Shown piece by piece: positions 15,264 to 31,689 of a DNA stretch of 64,000 nucleotides; the first letter of the stretch is position 1, and each line of letters begins with the position of its first letter. Under the pieces are notes generated by a model. It saw only the letters and a list, made by a program, of their open reading frames with translations, made no database searches and had not been told where the DNA came from. Source of the stretch: the human T2T-CHM13v2.0 reference genome, Homo sapiens; NCBI RefSeq assembly GCF_009914755.1, contig NC_060930.1; one strand, written 5' to 3'. A program made the position numbers and the translations under genes.

Positions 15264-16704
15264 TACCCCATTTATTTAGAGGTTACATTTCTCTAAATAA
15301 ATCATAGTTTCCATTGCTCCACACCCTTTCCAGTCTTTGGGATAGTCATCTTAACTACCAGAAATACAGCCACAATCTCAGATTTGAACTAACACTAGCC
15401 GTAGGTCAGTAACAGCTGTCACAAAATCCTTGAATTTTGCTTTGCAGAAGATAGCATCAGTTTAATCACCCAAGGGAAATGTGTAGAGTAGAGCAAGTGG
15501 TAACAGGACGTAGATCCACTGACATCAGTAAGAAATGACAATTGACAACGGAGGGAGAGTTTTAAAAAGCAGTTTGCTATGAGTGGTAAGATTATATGAG
15601 GGCTTTTGAATATTCTCCGGAAAAAGGCCATTTAAATGAGAATAAACTAGTTGTTTATCTTGTTTATCTTGTTTCTAGTTATTTGTCACAGTAGTTTGGA
15701 GTATGTTCTCTCTCTTACACAGCTCTGAGATGAGAAATAAAATGGCAGTGATAAATAAGCAAGGTTAGTCTGATGTGCTGATCATTCTTAGATTCAATTA
15801 AAGTTATATTCTGTGTATAAGATATTTGTAACTGTATTTTAAAGACGAATATCACAAATAGTTAAAAAAAGAAGTCCTTGAAGTAATATGTATCAGGAAA
15901 AGAAGAGCTCATCGTCTCCTCTAAAAGGGAATTAATTATCTTTTATCCAGTATACGTATGGAGCCAATCAGTGAGTGAGATATATACAGGCCCTCTGACA
16001 ATTGTCAGAAGGTCTTGACATAGCTGCTAATGATCTGTTGACAGGAACAGCTGGTGATAGGAACAGAGGTGAGTGTTACTAGAGAAGAAGGCATGAAGAT
16101 CTCACTGCAATGGTGCAGTGAGAGAACAGTAGACACGGTGCCAGCCAGAGCCCCATTAACTGGCCCTTAGTAAATTCCAGGATCCAAACTTTATGGTCTC
16201 TACTTGGCATGGAATAAAGATAAAAAAGGATTCTGTTTGATCATCTCCTTAATATCCATATACGAACATATTCCAAGGAGAAAACTGTGCCCTTTCTGCA
16301 ATCCTGTACCTGAGTCTTTTAAAGAAAGCACAGAATATTTTGGACCTGATGTTCATTGGATCATTTGTCAACATGCCAAATAAACTTTAGCTCTCAGAGC
16401 ACTTGGAAAACATGTTTTGGAGAGTCTGTGTAACATTCTGGGTGGGGCAGTTTCTAAAAGGCTCAATCTTAAACACAAAACAGAGCAGTAAGACCAGTGA
16501 TTAGTATCGATGCAACAATTTTACAGCTATGCTGAATGTGCGCTGTGTTAGGAATGCTCTAAACCCATGCCGGGTCAACACGTCTTTCACCTTATGTTGC
16601 CCGAAGAGTGCTAAATAGTGTGTGTTACACATTTTTAATCTTTATCCAAATAAACTTAGTTTCTGCAAAAGTTATTCGATAATAAGAATTTATATATATT
16701 TCTC

Positions 16705-18060
<1,356 letters not shown>

Positions 18061-18577
18061 TTCAATTTCTTTTAACATAGTCTGTTATTTCTTCAAAATT
18101 TTTACCAAGGTAAACAAATATTCTCTGCTCACTGTTTAAAGAGAGGTAAAACTAGATTAATTAAACTACTCAGAATTTTAATTCAAACATAAGAATCAGA
18201 AATGGTACAATACATTTGTGTTAATTATTTTAAAAGGCAAAATGGCAAAGATATGTTTCCTGACAGACTCTCCTGGGAAATCTATTGAAAGGATTATATC
18301 TAGTCTTAACCAAATGGATTCCTTTATTTATTTAACTGAATCCTGCCATCATTACAGGCATATCCAAAAAGTCTGTAAAAAATCAAATAGCAACACATCT
18401 CTCTCTTTCCTTCCAGCATCCAATTTCTGGAAAAAGTAGTCTACACTTGTCGCCACTTCCTTGGAATCACTTACTTCTTATCCTCGGGTGATCTGGCTTT
18501 CCCCAGCACTCATTTGAAAACTGATCTTTCAAAGGTTGCAATGACCTTGCAATTTCCAAATTGAATGGCTTCTTAAT

Positions 18578-18679
18578 TAGAGTTGCCAGATTTAGCTTTA
18601 AAAAATACAGAATTTGCAGTTACATTCGAATTTTAGATAAGCAAAGAATAACATTTGAGTATAACTATGTCCCAAATAT
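18578..18679 (+). mobile_element. MER53 half element
   Basis: TAGAGTTGCCAGATTTAGC..AAAAATACAG..CAGTTA..GAATTTTAGATAA..AGTATAACTATGTCCCAAATAT. Confidence 0.7.
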
Positions 18680-19404
18680 CCCAATTTATGTTCCAAATAT
18701 TTGCCCTACGTCCTCTCTCCAAATACAATCAAGCACAAAGTGCCATCAATGCCCCAAGTATTTATATTAATAATTCCTTCATAATGATTATGATGTTGGA
18801 ATGAAACAAAGATAGGGAAAGTTTGCTATTTAGTTTGCGTGATACATTTATGGAACAGGGGTCTGTGATTATATTTCCTTCTAACCAAATGTTTTTCCAC
18901 CAGTCTCCAGGCCTGAGACTTTACCTGCTTCTGCTAGATTCTCCCTAGGCAGTATGATTAAGAGAGAAGATGCTTACCGACATAAATGATCCTGGTAGGG
19001 AGAAAGAGTCTCAAAGAATGGCTCTGCCCAGGAGAATCCAACTCTGAGAGAAAAGAGAAGGTCAGGCTTGGCAAAGCAGGGGGTGGGGGCGAGCTTGGAA
19101 TTGGGGTTTAGGGTTCTTCTTCTTTATCTTATAATCTCACTTTTTTTCCCTCTCCTCTCCTAATCTCCTATAATACACTCCTACCTTTCCCAAACTTCTG
19201 TCTTCTGGAAGGAAATGCAAAACACTAATAAACATAAATCCCAACAGTGGAAATTAAAGCAATAATAAAATGTCCTGGAAGAATTTCAAACAGGTGAGGG
19301 ATGTGATCAAAGATCTTTCTAAATAAATGTACTTTTGTTTGCTTTGAATTTTTAGTTGCAGCAATAATTTTAAGATGCAAATGATTTGAATTTAGAGACT
19401 TTCA

Positions 19405-19824
<420 letters not shown>

Positions 19825-19828
19825 GTCT

Positions 19829-20132
<304 letters not shown>

Positions 20133-21913
20133 AAAGAGTCTAAGCCTTTGGTCATTGCTTTCGGTATTAAAATGCAGTTCTTCACCCAAGATCCACCTTA
20201 AAAGTTATTGTCTTCTTGAAGCCTTCCCAGTCTCAATAATCTCAATCCCTGGCTCAGAGTAAGTTTGTATTTCAATTTAGTCTTTACTTATGGGGCTGTA
20301 GTCTTTTAGAAGTCCCTGTCTCTCCTGGATCATCACCTCCTTAAGGGAAGAGACAAGGCCTTGTTTGTATTTATAGTTCCACTATCGTTCGCAGTGGGTT
20401 GTGCTTAAAAACTGTTGACTTGAACCTCAGCCTTAAAGCAAAGAATAAACATTCATTTTGCTCGTGTAGAACAACAGATTATACATGCATTAGTAAAATA
20501 AATTGGTAATATATTCTACCTCCAAAATTACACCTTGATAGGATGTTTTTGAGTAAACACACATTCAAGTTTTGGAAAATATTTACAAGTTTCAGGAGAC
20601 AGTTGTGTATTTGAGAGATAAAGAAGTATTTAAAAAGTAAGGATCTGATAATGCTTGGCCCACCAGGCAAAAGAAGGCCATTTAAAAATGATGGGTCTTT
20701 CTTTTGTCTGCAAAGTCAGAAGACTGGTCCCCTGCAAGGAGAGAGTTTGAGAAACAAGGAATGTGGCCTTTCCTCCAAAGACCTCAGATAGATCATAGCG
20801 TGGATCCCAGTTGATACATGTGGAAACTGACGTTAAGCAACTTGCCTAAAGGGAGTCATTTGACTAGAGCTGGGAACAATCTCCAGCTTGTGCTGTAACA
20901 CAGACTGTGTGGACAGAAGTCAGGCTCCACAGACTGTTTTGTGAGTGTAATGTTAGCATGATATTAGCAAACAATAAAGCAACATATGCTACAGACATGG
21001 CCAGAGAAATCAGTTTTGATAAAAGCACAAAATGACCTGGGAGAGAAGAGGTAACGCTCAGAAAGACGAGCCCTGTGGTTGCTAACATTTTTATTAGAGA
21101 CTTTACAGAAATGAATGTTCAACGTCTAAGTGTTACTCAGGGAACATCCGAGCTACCACAATTATTCCTGCACAAACCTGCTGTATTCCTTGACTCTCAA
21201 TACCTTTTTTCTTGTATCTGACATGAACATAGCTCTACGGAAATGATGGGGGGAAAGTGAAGGAGCTGAGCTTCATACGTGGGAAAAATGTGTTGAAATA
21301 GACTGTGAAATTAAAAAATAAGCATGGCACCAAGAGAGTGGTTTGAAGAGTGTTCCCCACAATGTTTCTATGAAAACGTAAGCATGTCGTTTAGATCATT
21401 GCTAGAATTCTGAATTGCTACCATCAGCTTTTCACAGTTTGGATAAAACATGTAACCAAATCCTAACACTCATTATGAAAACACATATGGAAAATCCCTT
21501 TTCATTCAGAGCAGACGACCTACAAGCACTGTTTTAGCCACAAGAATGTGTCCCTGTGAACATGACACCAGAGTCCCAGAATGTGGGGCTCTTTAATGTG
21601 CCACACAAGAGCTGGGATTTTTATTCTGCTTCACATTCCTCACAAGGCTCTGTTTTGAAGCTCTTAGGCAAGAGGTAATGTGGGAACAGCATTGTATTCA
21701 TAAAGATTTCAAAGATGTGGAGGTTCCCACCATTTGACCTATTTTGCCACTGATGCATTATTCTGCTGCAGAAAGTCTCATGTGTACAGCAAACTCATTA
21801 AGGCTTAGTATGTTCTTACCTGTGTGCATTTCTGTGTGTCTGTATAAATATATATGTTTTTCGTATAAAGGCATACTTTTTCTAGACAACAAGATGAATA
21901 CATTGAATCTCAA

Positions 21914-22208
<295 letters not shown>

Positions 22209-22829
22209 GGGAGCAGGTTGTTCTTGTATTGCTCATTCCACTCATCCTTCCAGGAGAACAGGCTACATGTTTATAACAAACTAGAGAGCTCTGGGTGGAA
22301 GATTTTTTTTTTTTTTTTTTTTTTTTGTTTTTCCTTGTTATCAGAATGTAGCCAGGCTTAAAGAAGACTGGTTATCTATTAGTCATTTGGTATTCTAAAC
22401 ACGTGGGTGTGGACTCCCAACCTGCCTGCGGCTTGCCTGAATTGTAACCAAGTTTGTCCAAAACTGGTTACCTAAATGCCAGAGAGACTGTGCTTTTTGT
22501 CACTTTAACCAAAATCCCAGTGCGTGGGCCAGAATATTCATAATATTGTAGATTCATAAAGGACAGAACTGACATCTTCAAAGAATGTAACAATGAAGTA
22601 AAATGAGTGCTTTAGGAAGAAATATAACAAAACACAAACTCAGAAACGAGCTTGATTCCTGGAAGAGTCACCTAGGGAAACAATGCAAATCCAAAGCATT
22701 TTTTAACTCCTTTAAAAACAGCCTTTCATGAATAGTTTTGGTTGCACGTGTGAAAATTCTTTATTTTATTGATATTTCTCATTTTCCATCAAAATTAATT
22801 TATCATATTGGGGGAAAAAAAAAACCCCA

Positions 22830-23500
22830 CAGGCTTTAGAGAGTCAAAGACCTGCATCAAATCTAACTTCCGCTAGATTGTACTTTTATGATCTTGGAAA
22901 GTGCTTAATGAGTTTTGATTTACTCATCCAAGAAATGGGAAACTTTTAACAAAAAGATTCATGTCCTGGATCTAGTGGTTCTACTTCTAGGAAATTATCT
23001 GATGGGAACGATCATAAAAATCCACAAAGTTTTATCTATGAAGAATGTTCCTTTGCAGCATTGAAATATTGGAATTGTGTGAGTAGACTATGATATATCC
23101 ACAAACAGGAATACCAAATAGGGAGTAAAGATTTTTGTGGAAGAAATTTAGTGACATGAAAAATTGTTCACAATATAATAGTAAGTGAAAAATTATAAGG
23201 TTATACACATTGTTATTAATTTTTGGGGAAAATGTATTCTTATGCTTACCCATAGAAGAAACACTAGGTAGATAAGCGCAGTAATATCAGTAGTGATTCG
23301 ATGTGGGTAAGTGGGACACTGAAGCAGCTTTGGTCTCTACTCTTCAAGATTTTTCAACCTTCCTTCAATAACATGTGCTAATTTTATAATTACTAAATAT
23401 ATATCAAATAGGGACATTAATATTCACCTTATAGATTTGTGTTAAGAATTAAATTAGGTGAGATGATTCATGAAAAACAGTTTAGTGCCTAGCATTTAAT
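22830..23500 (+). mobile_element. MIR interrupted by an L1ME-like 3' fragment (about 22945-23395)
   Basis: GGCTTTAGAGAGTCAAAGACCTG..ACTCATC (MIR 5'), CTACTTCTAGGAAATTATC..AAGAATGTTC (L1), GTTAAGAATTAAAT..AAACAGTTTAGTGCCTAGCA (MIR 3'). Confidence 0.6.
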
Positions 23501-23529
23501 TGGTGTTTTTGATTATTTTTATCCAGTTT

Positions 23530-23822
23530 AATCAGTCATCATGGACTTAGCTCAAAATGATTTTTTTGACTTGAAACAAAACCAAAAATACTACCCTTTA
23601 ACTGGTGAAAATTTATCACCGTTAAGGATATTCAAAAAAAAAATGCACCGTAAGCTATGAAGGCAATTTCAAAAGAGATGTTTCTGAAATGCCTTGAGCA
23701 ATGAGAGAGACAATGAAATAAGCAATTAAACTTAAGGTGACTACTTTGCAGCATTTATTTGGACCTAGAAGCTTTGGTTTGTTTGTTTAAAAAACCTGTC
23801 ATTACTATAGCCACATTGGGTA
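23530..23822 (+). mobile_element. MARNA-like mariner relic (transposase C-terminus and 3' end)
   Basis: Broken translation DLAQNDFF..DIQK..AMKAISKEMFLKCLEQ*..GDYF resembles the mariner C-terminus (PDLAPxDF..CFxxW..GDYF); ends TCATTACTATAGCCACA..TA. Confidence 0.7.
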
Positions 23823-24089
23823 CACGGATAGACGGAACAATATCTAACTCAAAGCGGGTAATTAGTCTGTCAAGATAAATGCCCCCTCTTCTTCAAGCTG
23901 ATAAAAAGTATCTTGTCAGGGCCTCTTGTGTCATCCCCCAAACACTGTGCGTAAGCCCTGCTGTTTTCTCTTGCAACACGCTTCATCCTGCAGAAATGCA
24001 GAGGGAAGCTTTTTGTGGGTATGGTTGGTTGAAAGACAGTTCATATTACCCCTATCTCCTTTCCTGGACTGTATATCTCTGGGGTGCTA

Positions 24090-24675
<586 letters not shown>

Positions 24676-27600
24676 CTATTATTTTTGTAATCTCTGTTTT
24701 AGCATTTCCCATAGAATATTGCAAACATGGAGTGCTTATCTCGCTCTCACACTGGAGTTCCTTGAGCCATCTGCCACTTTTATTAGCCTCTCAGAACGCT
24801 CATTTCTTCATCTTAGTGTTCCATTGACAAATGGGAACATAATGCCTCATTTAGAAGTTAGTTGTGGGCATTCCATTGCATAACGGAGGTAGAATTCCTG
24901 GCACATGCTAGCCACCCAATAATGGAAGCTATTATTATGATTAATTATATTATTTATTCACTTTTATATCCTGAGGGCCTGGCATAGTGTCTGATGTGTG
25001 ATGAGTGTAAAATAAATTTCTGGTGAATTAATGAATTAACTCACAAGCTTACAGAATGTGGCTTCAAAATAAAAGAAGAATGTTGTTTTGTAGCGTTTAT
25101 AGTAGGTGTGAGCGGCAAATCCACGTGCTTCCCCTTCTTACCCCTTTCCCCAAACAACCTATCTGGTGCCAATCCTTGGGAAAAGAAACCGTTACCATCT
25201 AGATATAGAAAGCCTATTGACTATTATTTCCATGTAGATATGGCTTAGCAAGGATAAGAGGAATTTTCTCCCTTGATTATCATCTCCTTAGGCTATGTAG
25301 TTTATTTCCCAGAGACCGGTCTTCCTTAGCCTTGTTAACCTTTATATGCTTTCTAACTCCAACAAACAATTATTGGCTGAAATAACCTGATCGAGACACA
25401 ATCAGCTTCACGGCTGCCTCCAGACTCTACCCGATCTGTTAGCGCTAATCTATTCACCTCTCAGTGTTCACAAAACCTGTTAGCTGATTTGCATTCCACC
25501 TCCTATCTTTTCCCTACTTCCTTTGAGGAAGATGTTTGTGAATTATTTTAAGCCAGTTGAATCACTCTGGGAGTTAAGTGCTATTTTAAGCTTTTGAGGA
25601 ACAGTTGAGAAGGAATGACTTAGGGATGTGAAGCATTTCCCAATAATATCCCACAGAAACTTCAACTTACCAAGTTTGTGGTAAATTTCAGGATATTAAG
25701 ACACCCTGAAATGGGTCACTGTTCTTGGATACCAGATTCTAAGCTACCCATTGCAAAATGTCTTGTTAAAGCCATGGTGTACGGTGCAAGTGAGATCCAC
25801 GAGAGGCCATCTGCTGCTTGAGAGAATGTCTTCCTTTCCAGCATCTGAATGCACTGCTTTCCTTGCTGTCTGCCTAGTTGCAGAACTTTGTCTTCTTTTA
25901 TCAGGACCACTGTCTCTGTGTCCTTGTCAAACTTTTTGTCCCCTAACGGCATCCTCTCCTTCAAATATTGTGCAGCAGATCTAGGGTCCCAGGTGAGTGG
26001 ACCTCCGTAAGCAGATCACAAGGTGAGCACCCTCTTGAATAATTATTCCACTTGCTTTTATGAACCTTTCCTGAGCCCCCAGCCCACCAGCCAATGTATA
26101 TTTCCCTACCAAAAAACGCTACCAGTTCCAGGAAGTCTTCCCAGAGTGATAAGAACACATGCTTTATCTTATCTCAACTTTTCTAGACCTCTATGTTGAT
26201 TGCCGTCATCGCATGTTGACCCTGCTGGCTCCTTATTGGTCACCCTTATATAGAAATCTATGCCTTTGTGATCAACTGTGATGTTGCATTTTGCCATCTG
26301 TATGTCCTTATCATGCTGGTTCAAAACATTCTTTTTAGTCGTAGAATGTACCCAGTTAGAATGGAAGGACCGTATTTCTTTTCTTTCTTTTTCTTTTTTT
26401 TTTTTTAAGGTGACTAATGAAACACCAAGTCATATAATTATGACTTAATGGATACTTTCTGTTGTTGCTGATGATGAAATGTCCTTTCATATTCAGACTG
26501 TATCTTCCTGTAAATCAGGTACAGTGAGTCATGGGGGAACAATGGTGGGATGTTACAGTGATGAAATCTGGAGTCAAATCTTTGTCATTAACGAACTGAA
26601 AACTTGGATAGAGTTTTATACAATTTCTTTATATACATGGAGCCAGCTGTCTTTCATTGGTTAGGGGTGAAAATAGGTCCACAGTTTATGGATTATGGAG
26701 TTTGGATAAAGATAAGTGATGTTCTGAATCGCCAAGTCTACTCCAAACTTCAGGGAAATCACCACTCCATGCATGAGGAGTGATCTCTTTTGCACTCATT
26801 TTTGCACACTGATATTTTTTTTTGCAGTGAAGGTACCAAATTTATACATTCATATGTATATATATTTAAACTGTTTTTCCTTTGATGTGGAATGCTGAGA
26901 AAATCTAACACTAAATTTTGGAGATGTTGCTGTAATCTGTAGTTTTTTGGAGGAAGAAAGATGATTGCAGTAATATTTTTGTCACTTCATTACTGTCGTT
27001 CCTGTAGTAATTGTCAATGTAGGGGTTTATATTTTATTCAGATTTATCAGTAGGAATATGGGAATAGAGATTTTAAAATTAAGAGCGAGGAGAAACCCAA
27101 GAGTGCCTTCGTATTCTAAGTAAGGAAACAGACCCTTTGAAAGGTGACGTGTTTAAGATTAGATGGCTAACGTTGTGCCAACCCAGGCCACCTGCTTCCA
27201 GGCCCTGCCGCCCCCATGAGCTCTTGCCACTGAGAATAACATAAGGCAGGGAGATGTTGAGAAGCTCTTGAGTTTTGCCTATTTATGTAGAAGTCTTCTT
27301 GGTGGCTTGCTTGATGCTTTCACATTTACAGAGTGTTCTTGTGGGCATAACCAACACGTGCTTGTATATATGGCACACATGTACTGGCATGTAAAGTAAT
27401 AAGACACTGTAATGAAAGCTCTTCTTCCAAGTAGTGCCAAACCATCACTAACCTGGCCCATAGGCTTCAGTGAGTAAAGAAAATCAAATGTGGTATCAGC
27501 AAATATTTAATGTGGGAAGAAGGCCCTAAGATTGGAAAAGGTGGAGGAAGGACAGATCTTCAGCTTTCTGTGCCTTCCTTTGGCCATGGGATTCCAACAG

Positions 27601-27847
27601 CTGTGCTCCTGGCTTATTTACAGTGAGAGGTTGTCTTGCTCTTCCTTTCATCCTCTTATTCCCATCCTCCAACTCCTCAAGAGAGTTCCAGAAGTTCCTG
27701 TCTGTAGTCTAGGGAAGAGGTAAAACACCTCTCTTCAAATTTGAAGGAAAAAAAAACTTGGAAATAATCTTTAGTTGATCATATATCTTATTTCCTATTT
27801 TTTTATGGGGATTAGGCTATGGAGATGGTTAACTGGTCTACAAATGA

Positions 27848-28196
<349 letters not shown>

Positions 28197-29360
28197 TAAA
28201 ACCCCTAAATCTTTTGTAACCCCTCTCTCCTGTGTACATTCCTTGGAACAAATCCCACTGGGTCTTGGCTGTGTTCCTCAGGCACATCGTAGTGTGTGAC
28301 ATTCCTCTTTTAAACCATCACAGAACTACTGAATTGAGGGTGACCCCTGGTCCCCTGGCCACCGGCATTATGGCAGTTCCTCTTCTTTTGTTCCACTTTT
28401 CAGGAAAATTCATTGCCTTCAGGCACAGGTCTTCCTTCCCAAAATAGTTCAAAGTGTACATCTCTTTTCCAAAGTTATGTAAATCTTAATTTGTAATAAA
28501 ATCACATGAATGAGTTGTGGTAAGTTTTTGGCAGGGTTTAGAAAATAATGGTTTCATTTAAACATGAATCACTAAAACACTACTTCCTTAACACAATTAA
28601 CTCAAAGCAGCCCTTATTGCTAGAATTAAGAGATTTCCTTCACAAAGCTCCCTGCCTTATACCGACTTCCAGTATAGAGACCTAGGCACCATAAGTACAG
28701 AAATTTGCCTTAACAAATCATCTTCATTTCCCTAAAACATAGGAATGTTTTCCTAAAAATCTGTTCCTTCTCATTATCTTCCTGAAGAGGTCTTCTCAAG
28801 TTTCCAGAGTATTCATAGACTGACTAAGACATGGGTAAGTAAATATACCAAAGGTGAAAAAAAGGAAAAGTTGAGGAATGTCATTTCCCCTGAAGGAGAT
28901 TTTTCAATAAGCAGGTGAGAGGTATGGGAATGTGTTTAGAATGTGTTCTAAGAATGTTTTGTTCTAAACAGGACTGGAGTAGGGTGTCTGTAGTGATGGT
29001 GAGACCAGTGACCCCTTGGCAGTGTGAAAGTTGAATGAAATATCAGTGAGAGTTTTGCTTGGCCATGGAATCGTTGTTACATAATGTTGCTCCTCAGTGA
29101 CAGAAAGGAAAAATGGCATTATTGTCAAACAATATTTGTTTTTAAACCTAGGTAGACTTGACAATGTTTAAGATGCTAAAGAAAATTAAAACTCTTTCCC
29201 TTTAGGGAAATTAAAGTTTGAAAGACAACATGATTGGCAACCTGTATAGTAATTTTTATTTCTGTTTTCCAAATAAAAGAAATTAGAAGACTGTACCTTT
29301 TTATTCTCTGCCCTCTGACACTGATCTTTTCTTTCTTCTGTTGCAAGTAAGTGTTTGGTG

Positions 29361-29416
29361 GTGAGGAAAGGTGAGGAGGTGTATGGGCGTGAGGAAAGGT
29401 GAGGAGGTGTATGGGC
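29361..29416. repeat. Perfect 28-bp tandem duplication
   Basis: GTGAGGAAAGGTGAGGAGGTGTATGGGC x2. Confidence 0.95.
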
Positions 29417-30074
29417 GTGCTTTCATTGTAGAAGAGACAAGGCAGCTGATTAGAGAAAACAAAGCTGGTTGGAGAAGAGGGGTGGGAAAGTTCATTCATT
29501 ACATTTTTAAAAATTAGGATATAATGGACTAATTATAAAATGTCAAGATTTCACTAACACATTCCATGTTTCTTTTCTATTAAGAGAAATTGTAATAATT
29601 GTTGAGCTTGCTTCCTTCTTTTAAGTAGGAACCTATGATCTTCTAATCTTCATATGGGATGCCTTTTATGTTGAATAATGTCTAAGGAGCAGAGCAAAGC
29701 TCTAAGTCACTATTAACCCTATAATAAAGCAGAACACACAAAATGATGGATTTTGAAGGCTACGTTAGAAAATTACATTTTATTTATTTAATGTTTGACT
29801 AGGTTGAAAGACACATGATACCCAATATTAAAACATACACAGTGAGTCCATTTCCCTTCAGTCTGCTGCCCACAACCACCGAGCTTTTCTCCTCAAAGAC
29901 AATCATCCTTATCATTTTATTTTATTTTTTCCAGAGATAGTTTATTAGAAGATTCTTTTAAAAATATTATTTGAATGCTTCTGATGACATCAGGTTATGA
30001 GGCTTAACCTTTCCCCACCGGGGAAAATTTCTTGGCTCCTTTTGGGCAAAAGGGAAGAAGATAAGCTCAGATTT

Positions 30075-30191
30075 CCTTTTTCCTTCCTTCCTTCCTTCCT
30101 TCCTTCCTTCCTTCCTTCCTTCCTTCCTTCCTTCCTTCCTTCCTTCTTTCCTTCTTTCCCTCCCTCCCTCCCTCCCTCCCTCCTTCCTTCC

Positions 30192-30223
<32 letters not shown>
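30075..30223. repeat. Compound polypyrimidine microsatellite (TTCC)16/(TCCC)n/(CT)n/(TTTC)n, derived from an Alu tail
   Basis: 16 uninterrupted TTCC units at 30080-30143; lies inside the degenerate TSD (TCAGATTTC / TCGGATTTT) of the adjacent AluJ. Confidence 0.95.
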
Positions 30224-30494
30224 CAGGGTCTCACTGTCACCCAGGTTTGAGTGGCACTATCTTGGCCCCCCACAACCTCTACCTCTCGGGCTCAAGTGAT
30301 TCTCCTGCCTCAGCCTCCAAAGCAGCTGGTACCACAGGTGTGCACCACCATGCCTCTCTAATTTTTTGTATTTTTGGTAGAGATGGGTTTTCACCATGTT
30401 GCCCAGGCTAGTCTTAAACTCTGAGCTCAGGCCATCCACCTGCCTCGGCATCCCAAAGTGCTGCGATTACAGGTGAGAGCCGCTGCGCCTGGCC
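30224..30494 (-). mobile_element. AluJ
   Basis: CAGGGTCTCACT..GGGCTCAAGTGATTCTCC..GAGCTCAGGCCATCC. Confidence 0.9.
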
Positions 30495-31689
30495 TCGGAT
30501 TTTCTTTAGAGAGTGACTGCCTCATGACAACCCTGAAAGGTAGCTAGAGCCAACTCTACTTTCTATATAAGGAAAATTGTGATTCCTGGGTTTAGAGCCC
30601 CTTCCTCATTTTCTTTGTGTTGCAGTGGTGCTCGGCCAACCCACAGGGCTTCTCTGGCACCAGCTCAATGGCTCTAGTGTAGGTGCAAATTGGTTTTCCT
30701 GTTTTGAAACCATGTTCCAAAATAGCTTGTAAGGGGCCAGAAAACTTCAAATGTATACTAGCAATGCCCAGAGTTCTAACAGAATTCTGAGTGCACGAAT
30801 ACAAATAAGCACACGACCTCCTCAGGTCTCACTGCCCAACTCTGATGGCAGCTTGAATGGGCTCCACAATTCGTAAAAACTCTCAGGAGGAGAGGTTGGG
30901 CTCATTTCTTCTATTTAGCCACAATAAAACACATTAAGAATGGTGGTGATTTAAGACAGATTTGCTGGGAGTGTCTGGCAATTGTTCATCATCGTTGATG
31001 CTTTTTATCTGCAAAGTTTTTGTCATCCTTGCCCCATCTCCCAGTGCACCCCATTTCGTTCTTGAGGGGGCCCTTCTGGCAACAACAACCATGAGGCATC
31101 TGAGATTGTCAGCTGCTCTCTCAGTTATCGGTGGAATTTCACTTGTTTGAGTTTTCTTATTTGTGCACATCTTGATTTGGTTATACATGCCCCAATTTCT
31201 TTCAGGCCTTTGCAGATTTGGCCATGATGGACTTATAGCATTTATTTTAGAATTGCTTTTAAAATACGGATCATAAATAGTTTCTGAAGCATTCAACAGA
31301 AGGACATGTTGTTCCCTGTTTGTATCACGATGTCATGTTGGATTGTCATTAATAATTGGTTTGCATCATCCATGTGCTACTACCCCCACTTTCCAAGGGT
31401 AATAATTTTGACATTATTTTTAGTCCATCTACATAGTTCTGAAAACAACCAAGAAGAGGAGGAGTATTCTTTTAAATGACATTCTTTCTGAGCAGGGGCT
31501 TATCATCCATCTGTGTTCACAAAGAATGAAGTGTTCTGTTGTTTATCCCTGATGCTGCAACACTGGAACATTCTTCATAGCTCTGTAAGCACCTAAGAAT
31601 CAAAGCCCATAAATATAAATGTATGTAGGATGTACTTTTTTTCCCTTGTTATATTAAAAGCACAGCAACATGTCTGACCCAGATTAGTA

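Noticed and set aside
30934-31296. 120-aa minus-strand ORF in unique DNA
   Set aside because: Non-ATG start, no recognisable domain, and a length expected by chance in 64 kb
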